A stretch of DNA of 64,000 nucleotides from Octopus vulgaris (taxonomy: Eukaryota). Positions 12,320 to 26,887 of the stretch are shown here, piece after piece. The notes beneath the pieces are model-generated. The model worked only from the letters and a program-made list of their open reading frames with translations, made no database searches and was not told where the DNA came from. The translations under genes and the position numbers were made by a program. The stretch covers positions 99,572,001 through 99,636,000 of the forward strand of contig OX597817.1 of the NCBI GenBank assembly GCA_951406725.2, given 5' to 3'. The first letter of the stretch is position 1. The number at the start of each line of letters is the position of its first letter.

Positions 12320-15300
12320 TGTTACGCCGCACGCAGGCCAACGATGCCACCACGGGTCCTCACACAAACAGCTCGCAGTTTGCTAGCCCCGAGAAGCTCG
12401 CGTGCGACGACGCTCAGTAAAGCAGGAATTCACTCCGAATGGGGGGAGCAGCGAAACGCAGCCAGTAGAGCCAACAACAATAACAAAAATAACACACAGG
12501 CGTTGCGTTGTCAAAGTTTGTTTTTTTAACAAAACATTCAACAATTCTTAGGAAAGTTCTTTTTTGGTATCTTTTCCTTTTGATGGACGGAGTTTTCTAT
12601 AAAATTCGAAGAATTAAACTACGTTAAACTTACAAATTACAATTTTGTTTTCAATTTTGTTTACAATAATGTTTTCTTTTGACACATTCTACCAGTATAC
12701 GAAGTTTCAAATTGTTTAGTTAACTAGAAAATTCCGTCCATCAAAAGGAAAAGATCCCTTTTTTTTTCTTTCCTTAGTTCCTTAAAAAAACATTTAACAT
12801 TTAACAACACAAAGTTCTTTTCCTTTTTCTTTTGTTTTAAACACAAAGTTCGTTTCTCAAAACATTTAGCACAGTCCTTTTTCTTTCTTTTCTTTTTTAC
12901 TTTTCCCTTCTTTTAAAAGCAGTCAACAACTCAGTTCTTTTCTTCTTTCTTAACGTCACAGGGTTTTTTCTTTCTTTTTTTTAAACATTCAACACCACAA
13001 AGTCTTCTCATCTTTACTAAAACATTTAACAACACAAAGTTTGTTCCCCTTAAAACACATTTACCGGTGACACTTTCTTCTTTCCTCAGCCCATGCGTAG
13101 CATCCTGCTACCTCCTTGCCATTTGTTCAGTTTTCCACTCGTTCCATTGCCAGGCGTTCCGTTCCGGTCTCCCTCTCCAACTGTCCCTCGCACCTCAGCG
13201 ACACCCGGATATACGGAGCCCTCCAGCCATTGGCAAAAAGGGAGATAATGCTTCTTTCATTTGTCTTCATTTTTTTTCAAGCGTTCGTATCACTACCCCT
13301 TCTCTAGAGTTTTGTCGTCGCGACAAAAGCACACAACATTTGTAACTCCTGACGACTTTCTTAACAGGTGGGCCCAACCCCTGAAGGCCTGCTCCAGCTG
13401 AACTGGCAAGACCCATGGTACTTCCACAGATGGTTGGCATGCACAATTTTTGGAGAAGACCTCCTGCCTTCTCGAATCCGGTTCGTCACATCGGACAGGC
13501 GATTCATCACGGTGTAAAGTCCCTCCCATGGACTCTACAGCTTCGGAGACTGCCCTCTCTTCCGCCGGGTGTTATGAAACCACACTTCATCACCCTCCTT
13601 AAAGTCGACCTCACTAGCCCTGGTGTCATGCCAATGCTTCATCACCTCACCCAAAAATTTCAGAGCCTCTTTAACTTGGTGTACCTCAGACAGCGTCTCT
13701 TGCAGATGTTTCACATAGCTGGAGGTTTCCCTGGGTAGCTCCTTCCGCGGTGGTCTTCCCATCAACAGATCAACTGTGAGCTTTACTTCATGGCCCAACA
13801 TCAGCTTTGCAGGTGTATAGCCGGTGGTCTCATGCCGAACGATAAGTGAGCAATAACGCAGGTAGCTTCAAATCCCATTCCAACTGTCCTTGTACACAAT
13901 ATTCGGCTAGTTCTTGTCCTAGTGTCCAGTTAAACCTCTCCACCATCCCGTCCAACTGTGGTCTCATTGGGGTTGTTCTGGTCTTCTTAATCCCCAACAG
14001 CTTACAACATTCCTGGATTCAAAGTTCCTACCTTGATCAGAATGCAACTCCTGGGGCACCCCGACAGAAGTACTGGTCTACTAACTCTTGCGCCATAAAT
14101 GTGGCCTCCTGATCACGGATGGCAAAGGCCTCAGGCCACTTTGTGAAGTAGTCCATGGTCACACATATGTACCTATTTCCTCTTTCTATGAGTGGCAACG
14201 GTCCAGCATTATCCACAGCTACCCTTTCCATGGGCACACCCACCTGGTATAATTGCAGAGGGACACACCCCTGCTTCCTCGGTCCCTTCTTGGCGCAGCA
14301 TACATCACAAGATCGACACCATTCCTGGACGTCCTGATGCATGCCTGTCCAATAGAATCTGTGCCGCAGCCGATTCAACGTTTTCTTTACCCCCAGATGT
14401 CCACTTGTAATTTGGTTTTGAGCTTCTTCCAGCAGCTCGGGTCTCATCTTCTTGGGTATCACCAATTGCTAATACTTATTCAGGCCATTGGGTGTCTCCC
14501 AGCACCTCTCAAGCAGCCCGTCGTTCAGACGAAGAAGGTCCCACTGGCTCCAGTAGCTCTTAGTTTCAGGGTTGGACCTGGATACCTCCTGCCAAGATGG
14601 TTTGGCTGCTTCCTGCTGCAGCCACTCTGCTACTGGCCCCAAGTCGGCATCTTCCAGCTGTCTCTTCTGTACTTCTCCAGTTGCTACATATCCAGTCACT
14701 GTAGTATTTTTGCACTTTTTACTGTGCTCTTCTCTTCCTGCACAATGCTTGCAGTCCGGTTCACAAGGATGACAACTCAAATTGTCAGCATTACCATGTA
14801 CCCGCCCCGGACGGTGCTGTACCTCATAGTTGTGTTGGTCCAGTTTCCCTAGCCAGCGTGCTAATTGTCCCTCCAGGTTCTGTAGTGTCCTCAGCCACTT
14901 GAGTGCCGCATGGTCCGTTCTGATAGTAAAGTGGGAACCATACAGGTACGGATGGAAAAAGTCAACACTCTTCATCACCGCCAAAAGCTCCTTACGGGTT
15001 ACACAGTAGTTTCACTCGGGTGGACTAAGCTTTTTACTGTAATATGCCACCACATATTCCTTGTCGCCCTTCCTCTGAGACAGTACTCCTCCAATACCAT
15101 GGCTACTAGCATCACAGTCCAGTAAGAAAGGCTTGCTTAGGTCTGGATATGGCAACACCGGAGAACTCACTAGCACCTGTTTGAGTCCATCAAAAGCGCC
15201 CTGTGTCATGGCAGACCACTCAAACCTTTGGCTCTTCCCCAGTAGCTTGTGCAATGGTGCAGCCACTGTAGCAAAGTCTTTTACAAAGAGCCTGTAATAG

Positions 15301-15929
15301 GTACACAGTCCAAAGAAACTCCTCAACTCCTTTACACAAGGAGGGACCAGCCAATCCTTCATGGCGGCCACCCTCTCTGGGTCAGTACGGACACCGTCTT
15401 CGCCCACAATGTGTCCCAGGTATCTTACTTCCTTCTGGAACAGACAGCACTTCTTTGCATTCAACTTGAAGTTTGCAGTTCAAAACCACTCAAATACCCC
15501 CGATAACCTCTCCAGTTCTTGATCAAATGTTCGACCAAACACTATGACGTCTTCAAAATAGATGAGGGCGGCCTGCCAGTGTAGGCCCTCCAGTACCCGG
15601 TCCATAAGACGCTCGAAAGTTGCAGGGGCGTTACACAAGCCGAATGGCATCACATTGAACTGCTACAAACCCGTCCGTACGAAGATACAGTCTTTTCCCT
15701 ATCTTTTTCGGCAACCTTGATTTGATGGTATCTGGCTTTCATATCCAAGGTAGAGAACTACCGAGCCCCCACCAAAGCATCAAGCGTGTCATCAATTCTC
15801 GGCAGAGGATATGCATCCTTAACTGTCACTTCATTGAGCGCTCTTTAATCTACGCAGCATCTCACTGTGCTGTCTTTCTTCTGCACAAAAACAATGGCTG
15901 ATGACCAGGGGCTGTTCGACTTTTCCACT
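12320..15929 (-). mobile_element. Gypsy LTR retrotransposon (3' half: RT-RH-IN, PPT and 3' LTR), decayed
   Basis: LTR 12320-13292 (TGTTAC...TATCA); PPT 13293-13307; minus-strand LDCDAS, RTDHAAL, GHLGVKKT, WCRSCDVC, MDYFTKWPEA. Confidence 0.9.
12566..12758. mobile_element. MITE with about 33-bp TIRs inserted in the Gypsy LTR
   Basis: GGTATCTTTTCCTTTTGATGGACGGAGTTTTCTA ... TAGAAAATTCCGTCCATCAAAAGGAAAAGATCCC; internal AAACTTCGTATACTGGTAGAATGTGT block shared with the 28126 family. Confidence 0.85.
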
Positions 15930-18900
15930 TGTTATGCATTGTTTCATTCTTGATGGGATGATAGACAACTCAATGAAGGCATTGTTATTGTTTTACGTGT
16001 TTATTTTGCTTAACCTGTTATGAACTGTCAATATACAGCAGAGTGATACACATATCCGCCTTTGACGCAGCTCATACTGTTTACTAACAAATAGTGCCAA
16101 TAGTGAGGATGCATTCATACATACGTATACCTACGTATACACATGGATATGAATGTGTAACATCCCTTCTTCTTGAAAAAAATAAAGGGGTCTTTTGACA
16201 GTGAAGAAAAAATATAAGTAATCTCCCTTGCTCTAATGGATTGTCAGCGCAAGGGTGGCAATCCTGCAGCAGAAACCATGAGATTATTCTGTCCACTCAA
16301 GTGGTTTTCTGCTTTGTAATCTAGCAGAATTAGTTATTTATCTTTTCTTTTTCTTTTTCTTTTCTCTTTAACGGTATCGAACCGGTGGTAGAATGTTCAA
16401 TCTCAATCTGGTGGATCTTGTGCTCTGCACTGGTGTCTGAGGTGTGTTGTTGGGCTGCTGATGAGTGGTTGGTGCTCTTTGGGGTGATGATTCTGTGAAT
16501 GTTGTCACTGATGTGGCAGGTGTTGTACACGTTATCCTCGACAGCTTTGGTGTTGGGCGGATGTGGGCCCTATTGCGTCTCAGTTGCCTACCAGATTCCG
16601 TTTCTATTATACACTTGTGCTAGGATCCATGTTTCAGTTATGGGATCTTGAGTATGCATATGTTGTCCTCCAAGTATCTCAGGTAAGTATTATGCATGTT
16701 TGTTGTAATATATCTGTAATTGTTCTTGAGTGGCTGCTAGCTTTGCCCTTGTCTCTTCCTGGTCAATAGGAGGTTGAATCTTAGTTGGCAGGGTGGTTTT
16801 GTACTTCCTGCCATTCAGCATTTCTGCTGGGGATTTCATGTCAGCCCTCAGTGGTGTCACTCGTAGGGACAGAAGTGCCAGGTGTGGGTCTTCCTTAGTC
16901 TCTCTGCATTTGACTAGTGTTCTCTTCACTGTCTGCACCTGTCTTTCTATAAATCCATGACCTTTGGGGTAGTGTGGAGATGAAGTTGTAATATTGAACC
17001 CATACTCATCGGCTAGCTTTTTGAATTCTTGCAATGTGAACTGGGTTCTATTGTCACATATGATCTGCTCTGGTATTCATTGCTCTGCTAGAAGTCCTCG
17101 AGCCACTGTAGTGATTGTTTTGGCTCTCAGGTCTTTCACTTTTCTCACAAATGGAAATTTGTGAGTAGTAGCAGACCATTATCAAATACCATTCTTGGCT
17201 CTCTGTGAACAGATCTACTCCAATAGCTTGCCATGGCCTTCTAGGGATATCACTGGATATCATTTCCTCCTTTTGTTGTGAATTTCTGTACTTTTGACAG
17301 ATGTGGCATGTAGAAACTATATTTTCTATGTCTTTGTACATGCCTACCCAATATACAGCTGACTAGGCTCGGAGCTTGCATTTCTCCATTCCTAGATGCC
17401 CTTGGTGAATCTTGTCAAGAATCTCTTTTTGTATTGATTTAGGTATAATTATTCGGGATCCAGCCATCAGGATTCCATTCTCCACTGATATATCATCATG
17501 GATGGCCCAATATTCACGAATGAGGGGTTGCACCTGATGTCTCTTCTCTGGCCACCACTGAATCACCATCTGAGTAAGGAGCTGGAGTTCTTCATCTTTG
17601 CTGGTCTCCTCTTTGATTTGTGCCAGCTTTGTGTTTGTTACATTTACAATGTGGTAGACCTTTATGGTTAGTCCTCCCATCTCCTGTTTATCATGTGAGG
17701 ATAGTCTGGAAAGAGCATCTGCTAATATCAGGTCTTTTCCTGGCTTGTACCTGATATCGTAGTCGTACTTTTGGATCCTCAACAGTAATCTTTGCAGTCT
17801 GGCTGGTGCTTTCATGAGGTTTTTTCTGTGTATTTGTTCTAGCAGGCGATGGTCTGATTCAATATTGAATTGTCTGCCATACAGGTATGTATGGAACTTT
17901 TCACAGCCATATACTACTGCCAGGAGTTACCTTTCGATATTTGCATACCTTGTCTCTGTAGGTGAGAGAGCTTTCGAGGTATATGCAATAGGTTTACCTA
18001 CCTGTATCAATGCTGCGCCAACTCCTCTCATAGAAGCATCGACTTGGAGTGTTATTGGTTTGCGTCTGTCATAGTACTGCAGAGTTGTCTCCTTACTGAT
18101 GAGCTTTTCGATTGCTTTGAAATCCTGTGTGTGTGAAGCACACCAATCAAACTCTACGTCATCTTTGTTTAGTTCTCGGAGATTTGCAGTGTGATTGGCC
18201 AGCTTGGGTATGAAGGCTCCCATGTAGTGGATGAGTCCCAGGAAGCTCCTGAGTTCCTTCTTATCTTTGGGTTCTTTGATGTCTCTGATGGCTTCCACTT
18301 TAGCGGGGTCTGGTTTCACTCCCTCTGAAGAGTATATAATTCCAAAGAATTTGCACTCCTTTGCTTTTATCACATATTTGTCTGCATTGAGTTTGATACC
18401 TGCTTGTCAGGTTTTCTCCATGGCTTCATGTAAATTGAAGTCACGTGTGATTTCATCCTTGCCATGCACTTGGATGTCGTCTGCTATCCCAATTGCTCCC
18501 TTGCAGCCTTGGTAGGTCTCATCTATTTGGCGCTGGAAAACATCTTGGCTCACCTTCAATCCAAATGGGAATCGGTATCTGCCAAATGGTGTGTTGAAGG
18601 TAGTGAGCATGGACGATTCTTTGTCTATCTCTACATTCCAGTACCCATTACTGGCATCCAGTTTGCTGAATATCTTGGATCCAGCTAATGATGGTGTGAT
18701 TTCTTTTTAATGCCTAGTTAAGATCCCTTGGGTCGAGGCATATCCGTAGGGTACCATTGGGTTTTTTTTTATTACAATTGAATTCACCCAGTCTGTTGGT
18801 CATGTCACTTTGGTGATTATTTCTTTTTTTTTCCATTCTGTCCAACTCTGCCTTCAGCTTCTCTTTTAGTTCTAGAGGAATGCGGCAAGGTGGGTGAACA

Positions 18901-20338
18901 ATTGGTTTGGTATTGGGGTCGACTGTTATATGGTATCAACATTTCACAAAACACCCAACTGTATCGTCAAAGCATTCTGGGTACATGCTTATCAGTTCTT
19001 CTTTATTTGTGAATGGTGGTCGGTCTTTGATAGGCATATCTCTGTCATTCCTGCTCGGAGCTGCCTTCACTTCATCATTGATTGACACAATATTAAGCTT
19101 TTGACAGGTATTAAGTCCAAGAACCGCTGGTCCTTCTATTCTTGTGACATAAAAAGAACACCTGGTTGTTTTTCCTTTGTGTGTCCCTGTGATTGTTGTT
19201 TTGCCCAGTTGTGGAATCCTGGTACCTCCGTATGCAGTAATAATTACATCACTTGGTGTGAGGATTCCTTCTTTGACTTTATCCTCTTGTGTCATGTGTT
19301 CTGGGAACATCTTTTTGTTGAGGTTGACAGGCAAGATATCACTCTGGGCTCCAGTGTCAATCTTTAGCCTTAAGTCAATGTTTATTCGTTCCTTACCTGA
19401 CTTCTTTTGTATTTGTTTAGTTGTGTATGCCTCATTTTTTTCTCTGGTTGTCATTTCCCATCTCATGCACATTTATTGTGCCAACTGCCAAGAATTCCTC
19501 CTCTGAGGTGTTTTGTTCCTATTGTTGGGCATGTATATCTCTTTGTTTTCTCTTTCCGCTCATCTTTGAAAATTGGGGCTTGTATTTCTGAGATTTTGTT
19601 AGTCTACACATTTTTTCCCAGTGGTTGGGTTTCCCACATGCTTTGCAGTGTGTACTGAATGCAGGACATTTCTTCCGGTTATTGAACTCATGCTCTGTAC
19701 CACAGTACTGGCATATTCTTTGTTTGCCGGGTATGTTTCGTCCTATGTCTAGATACAATATCTACACTGCTGCCTAGTGCGCTTGTTTGTAAAGGAAGTG
19801 AGGTAATTTGTTTGGTAGTGGCTTTGAATGCTCTTGCAGTGTCTACTGCTTCTATTAACTGGAGAGCGTCCTTACCTATGAGGGATTTCTGGACTTCTTT
19901 ATGAGCACACCCCCACATTAGTTGATCAACAATCCTTTCATCCTTGTCTTTGAATTTGCATTTCTCGGCAACTTTCTTTAGTCTGGACAAGAAGTTGTCA
20001 ATCGTTTTTTGTGAGTCTTGTTTCAGGCCCTGGAATTCGTATCTATGAATTCTATGGTTTGATCTGGGCTCTAGGTGCCTTTCAAATTTCTCTAAAAATG
20101 TGTCTAGGTTATTGCAATCCGATTCTGACATGTCCTGGTTATTGAATAGGTCTAGGCCCTTCTCTCCCGTCCATAAAAGGATGTAGCTTACCTTTTAATC
20201 AGCAGTTGTACCTTTCAGGAAGCTTTTGAAAGCCAGTTGAGTTTTCTGTTTGAATTTCTTGTTGATATTCCTCCATCACTTCCTCCATTTCCCATCGCTG
20301 AACTGGGGCCATCCTCTGAGCTGTCTTCTACACCATGT
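15930..20338 (-). mobile_element. Gypsy LTR retrotransposon (Mag/K02A2.6-like), decayed; 5' LTR lost
   Basis: 3' LTR 15930-16162 (TGTTA..TAACA); PPT 16163-16174; PBS TGGTGTAGAAG at 20325-20335; gag CxxC, IDTGAQ, IADDI, QVDAS, HQGHLG, SPHYPKGHG. Confidence 0.9.
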
Positions 20339-22180
20339 GAAGCTAATCCCCTTCTATTTCGTCAAAGGCTTCAAGTAATATGTCCCTAAATCTATGTCCA
20401 TTTGCAGGATCTTTAAGCTTCCTGACCCTTCTTCTCCATGTTGGTCATCTTCTGGTCGTCCTTAGTCCTGATCCTAAAGTCATTAACTACCAGTCTATGT
20501 TGTGGGGTTCATTCTTCGCCTGGGAAGGTTTTGGCATTTATAAGCAGCCATCTTTCCCTTTTCCTGGCAAGGATGTAGTCAATTTGGCTAGTATGTTGGC
20601 CCGATTGGTAGGTGACTAGGTGGCTGGTAGGTGTCCTGAAGTTAGTGTTGCAAACCATAAGATCATTTGCATCGCAGAACTCCAGCAGCCTGGTTCCCTC
20701 CTCATTGCAGGAACCATATCGTAGTTTCCATGTACACCTTGGAAGCCCCCAGAATGTTGTCCAACATGCCCATTGAAGTTACCAGCCACAAAGAGAAGGT
20801 CCCTGTCATTCGTCAATGAGGTAGTCTGCAGTAGGGTGTCATAGAATCGGTCTTTCTGTCCATTGGGTAGCCCCGGCTGAGGGGCATAGGCCGATATAAT
20901 CATTGCTAATCCATGATGAAGCACTAATCTAATCTTAAGTATTCTGTCGCATACTCTGACTACCTCGATTACCTTATCTACCCATTTTTCAGTGGAAAGT
21001 ATACCCACGCCCCTGACTCCGTCAGTGTTCCCAGCCCAGAAAATCTTGTACCTGTGAGGAACCTAGCAGAACTTCCTCTCCACCTTATTTCTTGGATGCA
21101 GCACATATCAACACATCTCCGTTCAAGCATCTCCACAATCTCACCAGACCTACCTTTCAGTGTGCCAACGTTGAGGGTGTGGGAGGTATGGGCCCTAGAG
21201 ACCCTGGGACGGGGAACAGTAACTTCATGTACCTGAAAAGAAAACTCGCATTTGGCAGAATTCATGAGCAAGCAATACAGTAGCCTTCAGTTCAACCTGA
21301 ATAACACTACCCTTTCATATTTTGCACTATATGATCATTACCTTACATAGGAGATAGCCCAAGACTAGGGGTGGGGATGGCGAAATAATTTTTGCAGTGT
21401 TCATGGGAGGCAACCCAGGGATATCAAAGGATAAGAACTTCCGGTACAGGTGGAGGGGTGGGAGGGCAGGTGCACCTCTAACTAGGAAGAGGGTCTGCTA
21501 ATCGTGGTTTAACGAGAGAGCACAAAATAGACTTGAAAAATCTGAGAAAGACAAATTTTAGAGAATAGAGAAGTGGCTGTGTGATAAGACTTTAATAGCT
21601 GAGTGAATCAATGAATATAAGGTTATCTTAGGGAACAACAGGAAGACGAGACTATTGAAAAGTATATTTACATGATGGCATGTTACTGAACTAGAATAAT
21701 GAAAAGAATAATGATCTGTGCAAGAATAGTAAGTAGATGAAACGAGGTTGAAAGAAGAAGTTTCTCATCTTATCTGTTCATGAGCGATCCATTATTCTTC
21801 GGCAGGGGTTTGAAAGCGAGTGGGAGTCCTGTATGCATTTGCTAGTTTATAATAGGGTGATGGTGGTGGAGGAGGTCTAGGCAAAGCAAGTGGTTATCGA
21901 AAAAAGGAGACATAGTGAAACATAGGGAGAGAGACAGAGTTAGTTAGGGAGGGGGGGTCAAGAACATGCAGGAGGAAATATTTTTGAGGGGATCTGACTA
22001 GCATAGTTTAAACGAGACAGTAATGTTGATGATAGTAAGATAGACTTGAAAAATCTGAGTTCGTCAGACCACCTAAGACAAAGTTTAGAGAATATATTAG
22101 TGGCTGTGTGATAAGACTTTAATAACTGAGTGAATCAATGGATATAAGGTTATCTTAGGGAACAATAGGAAGACGAGACT
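20339..22180 (-). mobile_element. RTE-clade LINE 5' fragment (5'UTR with partly duplicated monomer + APE endonuclease)
   Basis: TLNVGTL, CIQEIRW, SAYAPQ, AGNFNGHVG; direct repeat 21527-21653 / 22040-22179. Confidence 0.85.
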
Positions 22181-22196
22181 TATATATATAAATATA

Positions 22197-23090
22197 GGAA
22201 TGGTCATGTTGCCAGTTTAGCCAATAAAAACACATGCACTATATATTTGGTGTTAATTTGCTTCAGCTTTATATATTTTTTACATTAATCTTAATCTTAT
22301 TTCAGCCAGAGTTCTTTCGTCACACTTCTGTGACCTCATCAGTGGTTCTTTGCTTTCTTCTTTCTTATTTGTGTGTCTCTCCTTATTTGTGTGTCTCTCA
22401 GCCATTTTGTATTTTGTATTCTTATTGTATGTGTCTTTATTTGCGCATGCGTATACCTCTATGTGTGTCTATGTTTAGTTAGTGTGTGTGTCTATGTTTA
22501 GTTAATGTGGCCTCCAAATACTTGATCCACCGAAACTCAGCTATCGCGGACAATGCCAAATTCAATATTTTGATGGCAGACCTCATCAGAATAATGTGAA
22601 ATGTGTGACCCAACAGAGTTAAAGAGACACATACAACATTTCGTTCACTGCGTGCAGTTCTCAGATTACAGCCATAAAGAAAGGATCAGAGTATACAAAG
22701 GAGATATGAAGAAATTTGATACTATCGTACATAACAATAGAAATGGGATTTGCCCACTCTATAGGAGCAAGTCATGGAATACTATTGAAAGGACTAAGAA
22801 GGAAATAGGGAAGGCCAACTCTTGGTATGATAGCCACAAATGCTAGAGTGTCATGTTCGTTGACACCACCCCTAGAGACGAATTGGCGTACCGCTTTATA
22901 AGGGCCCTAGACAAACTTAAGCTAAGGATTAAGGTTGTTGAAAGGCCAGGCAACCCTATCAAATCCCTAATTGGTAGAACCTACCCTTTTAGTAGAACTC
23001 CCTGTATGAATAGGAACTGTACTGTGTGTAGATTTAGCCCACAAACAAGCTGTAAAGCCAGAAATGTAGTCTATAGTATAAGATGTACAA
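22197..23090 (+). mobile_element. Penelope-like element fragment with inverted pseudo-LTR
   Basis: 22197-22480 matches pLTR 29515-29790; 22508-23090 matches PLE ORF 30445-31032 in opposite orientation. Confidence 0.85.
22306..22345 (-). ncRNA. Minimal type I hammerhead ribozyme in Penelope pLTR
   Basis: Minus strand CCA-CUGAUGA-G-GUCAC agaagu GUGAC-GAAA-GaaC-UC-UGG. Confidence 0.7.
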
Positions 23091-24099
23091 AAGCAATGAA
23101 AACATTTTGACACAAATTAAATTTAAATGTTGAAGTGAAGCAATCAGTTTTTGTGTTTTCTTAAATGGCTTACAAACATCTTCCACACTTCCATTGTATA
23201 CACACACACATTACATGGACAACATTTTCAACAGAGATGGTACAATTGTATCTGATTCTTCAAGAGCTTCAATTCTGTGTATGTAGATATATTTACTTGA
23301 TTGCTGACATTTAGCAATGGTTTCTGCCATTATGTTGATGCACCATTTTCTGTCATTAATAAAACTGTTGGCATTTTTGATGACATGGGTATGCTAGTAA
23401 TTAACAATTGAAATGCTTAAACGTGTTTGTAAATTTGTGATAAAATTGTAATGTAAAATTACCATCATAATTTAATATTATTTGGTATAATGCACCATTC
23501 ACATACTCCACAACAACCAATAATTGAGTCATAGCTGTTTTTGTAACTTTCATAACCTGGTTCAACAATTTGGTAACTCTGGAATTACTCTTCTCTAAGG
23601 CATCTCTTTTATCCTTGTAACAGTTAGCAAGAGTGCTGTGATACTAGTTATTAGATATGATACCTGCCAGATATTTTAAGCAACTCATTAGTCATTCTTG
23701 ATGAACCAAAAATTTTCTTTGTATTTTTAATTGTTTTGTCAATCATACTACTGTCAACTTCAATGGTTAGTCCCTCTTTCAGGTTCACATTTGGAAGGTT
23801 TTTTTCTCTCACACATCCTCAAGATTTAGTTGCCTTTCATAGTAGCATATTCAAGCCCCTTTCTTTTTAGAATCACTAAGTACATGTATACCATTATCCA
23901 TCTGTACACACTTCTCACCTACATCTTGATTTTCTCTGATACTCATCTTACAATCTGGACACCTCACCTCTTGTCCTCACACTGTAGAACATTGGCAAAT
24001 CTTTTCCTTTCTACTTCACCCCTTTGTAAATATCATCTAGCTTCTCTTCTAACTACTTAGTCTCTGTAACCCCAAGTTTTCCAATCCTTCCAAGCATAT

Positions 24100-25150
24100 C
24101 TCTTCACTTTTAAGGCTTTGTCTATTTTACTGTTCCATCCCTATGTTACCTTGGGTCTGGCTGGAACTTCACAGCAGCAACAGATATGATTTGTTGCTCT
24201 CAGTAGGTTGTCACATAAGATTTTCTAGTTGTTCTCTAAATTATACATCACTATGTTCTACACCTCAAAAGCTTCAATTAGGTCTTCTCTAAATCTCTGA
24301 CAGTTTGCTAGGTCTTTAAGTTTTAATAAATTTGTGTCTCTGTGTTCCTGTTCTAAGTCTGAAGTCACTAAACACTAACCTATACTGGTTTGTATATTCT
24401 TTACAGGGAAGAACTTTACACTTACAACCATTTGTTTATCCTGCTTTTTAGTGAGAATGTTGTCAATCTAGCTTGTGTGCCCACCAGATTGATAACTAAT
24501 CAGGTGACTAGCTGATCTCTTGAAGTTAGTATTGCAGATCATTAGGTCATTTGCATCACAAAATACCAGTAACCTTGTTCCCTCCTCATTTCAAGTACCA
24601 AATCTTTAGCCTCCATATACACCATGGAAGCCACTAGGATGTTGCTTAACATGTCCATTGAAGTCACTAGCCAGGAAGATCAAGTTACTGTCATTTGTCA
24701 TTGAGGTCGTGTGCAAAAGTGTATTATAAAACTGATCCTTTTGTTCATTTGACAGTCCTGGATGATGAGCATAGGCAGAGATAATAGCTGCTGTTGTAGT
24801 TTCCAAGACTAGTCTAAGCATAATTATCCTATCATCACTCGTCTACCTTGATCACTTCATCTACCTATTTCTTCACTGAAAGTATGCCTACACTTCCTTC
24901 TATCACTATTGCCTACCAGAAAGAATTTATACCTATGTCCTTTGCCAGTGAGGAGTTTGACTGAGGCACACCTGCATCAAACTGCTTGCATGCAGCACAC
25001 ATCTGCATGCTTCCATTCTTACATTTTAACAATATCACCAGGCCTATCTTTCATTATGCCTAAATTACTTGAGAGGAAGAGCATGTACCCTACAGCTTTA
25101 AATAACAGAAAAGAAAGTTTGCAGGCAGACTGGTCCTGCACATTATCAGA
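24100..25150 (-). mobile_element. Old RTE LINE endonuclease fragment
   Basis: IISAYA...LASDFNGHV homologous to 20616-21008. Confidence 0.75.
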
Positions 25151-26124
25151 TATACAAATATTAATATAATCACCCAACTGAATCACCATTTCTTTAGATA
25201 CTCAAACATTCAGGATGTAAATAAATAAATAGAGTTAAAAAACAACACTAGCTGAGGGTGGATATTGTATATATGTCTAACTTTTTGATGAAAGGGCAGG
25301 TGTGAAAGGAGTGGGAAAATTGAGAAAGAAGTCTGTAAGTCTCTAAGAGATTAATGAAAATATTACTTAGAACTTGAAAATAAAGCTTAAACTAATGCCT
25401 GGGTTAAAAGTATATTAATACATTCTAAAATAAAGAAGTGAATCTATAGGTCTCTAAGAGATTAATGAAATCTTAGTTTGAACTTGAAATTAATACTTGA
25501 GAATTTTTAAGACAACACTAAAATACATATATATTATAAAAATATTAATATGTTTATTGGTTACAAATGAGTTATGGATAAGAAAATGGGTTGCAGTGGT
25601 AAAATGTTGAGTGAATTATATTACATATTTAAGAGGAAAAATACAGTCGGTATAACTTAGCATTGTTCATATTTGTACATCCCAATAGCAAATGTACATG
25701 TGGGTAGTAACCAGCATAATTATTTAAACTACAAGGCATATTGTATACAATGAAAGTACATGTATTTCTGATCAAACTTTATTGGAAAACTATCCGAAAA
25801 TCCCCGAAGTATCTACATCACCAACTGACTGGAACAAGTTGTTCGAAATACACTCTTCTTCCTGGATCTCTGCATCAGTCAAGCCTTGGTTGACAATTCT
25901 CAATTTTTGTTCAAGATCTCTTTTATTTTTCATATTTATGTTGACGTTTTCCATAACTACTTTTTTCAAGGTACTTCTCAAGCTGAAATGAAAGTAATTT
26001 TTCCCCTTATTTCTCTAGAAGTGCTAGCTACTACTTTTCAGATGTTTCTCAAAATTCCAATGAATTTTTATTTTGTTACCATGTTTTAAATGTGATTGTT
26101 AGAAAAATTATTTTTCCACAAAAG

Positions 26125-26887
26125 AAGGTCTTTACTCACCTCCTGTTTATCATTGCCTATGGGAATGCCATTATACTAATAACCTTGTTCACTGATTACC
26201 TAGTTGAATTAGTGAAAGCAAAACTGGGATAAAAAGGCCTTAAAGTTAATTTAACAAAAATCAAAGTCCTAGTTAGCAGGAAAACAGACAGTACATTTAC
26301 ACCTTCAGCTCAGTTCCATATGTAAAAAATACGTGGGTAGAATTCCATACAGTGCTTCCAGGGTAAACTATATACACACAAGAGTTGCAGTGAAATCACA
26401 GGAGGATTAACAGAGAAAGTAGACTTTGTGGTAGATGTGCAGGAACAATAAACACTAAGAACTCATAGGAAATACATTTTCTCAAATGATGAGGATTCTT
26501 AAAGATAGTAGATAGTTTCTCAATTTTAGCTTACCTAAATAGCATTGGAGGATGATATTCTGATAGTACTGCTACCAATCTCCTCCCACTCCCTGGCCCA
26601 CTTATATTTTTGTTTCCTTTCGCCCAAACAGATTCACCACCAACCATGCCTCTACCCATGTTCACCGTTCACTGTATTCACCTCTCAGCTCATCTGTCAC
26701 GCTCCTTTCACACTCTTGTGAAATTCCTCATTTCTGCAAAGTGGCTGTTATTAAGAAAGGGCACTCAGCTATAGAAACCATACCAAGCAAATATTGGAAC
26801 TTAATGAAGTCATCTGGTTTATCAGGTCCTGTCAAATTGTCCAATGTCAGTATAGAATACAGATATTAAATGATGATGATGATGATG
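26125..26887 (+). mobile_element. Decayed RTE RT fragment followed by RTE-type tail ending in (GAT)n
   Basis: Similarity to the reverse complement of 50900-51420; ends ATTAAATGATGATGAT. Confidence 0.55.

Noticed and set aside
26131-26140. GTGAGT splice donor partner for the 25982 acceptor
   Set aside because: Lies within decayed RTE sequence
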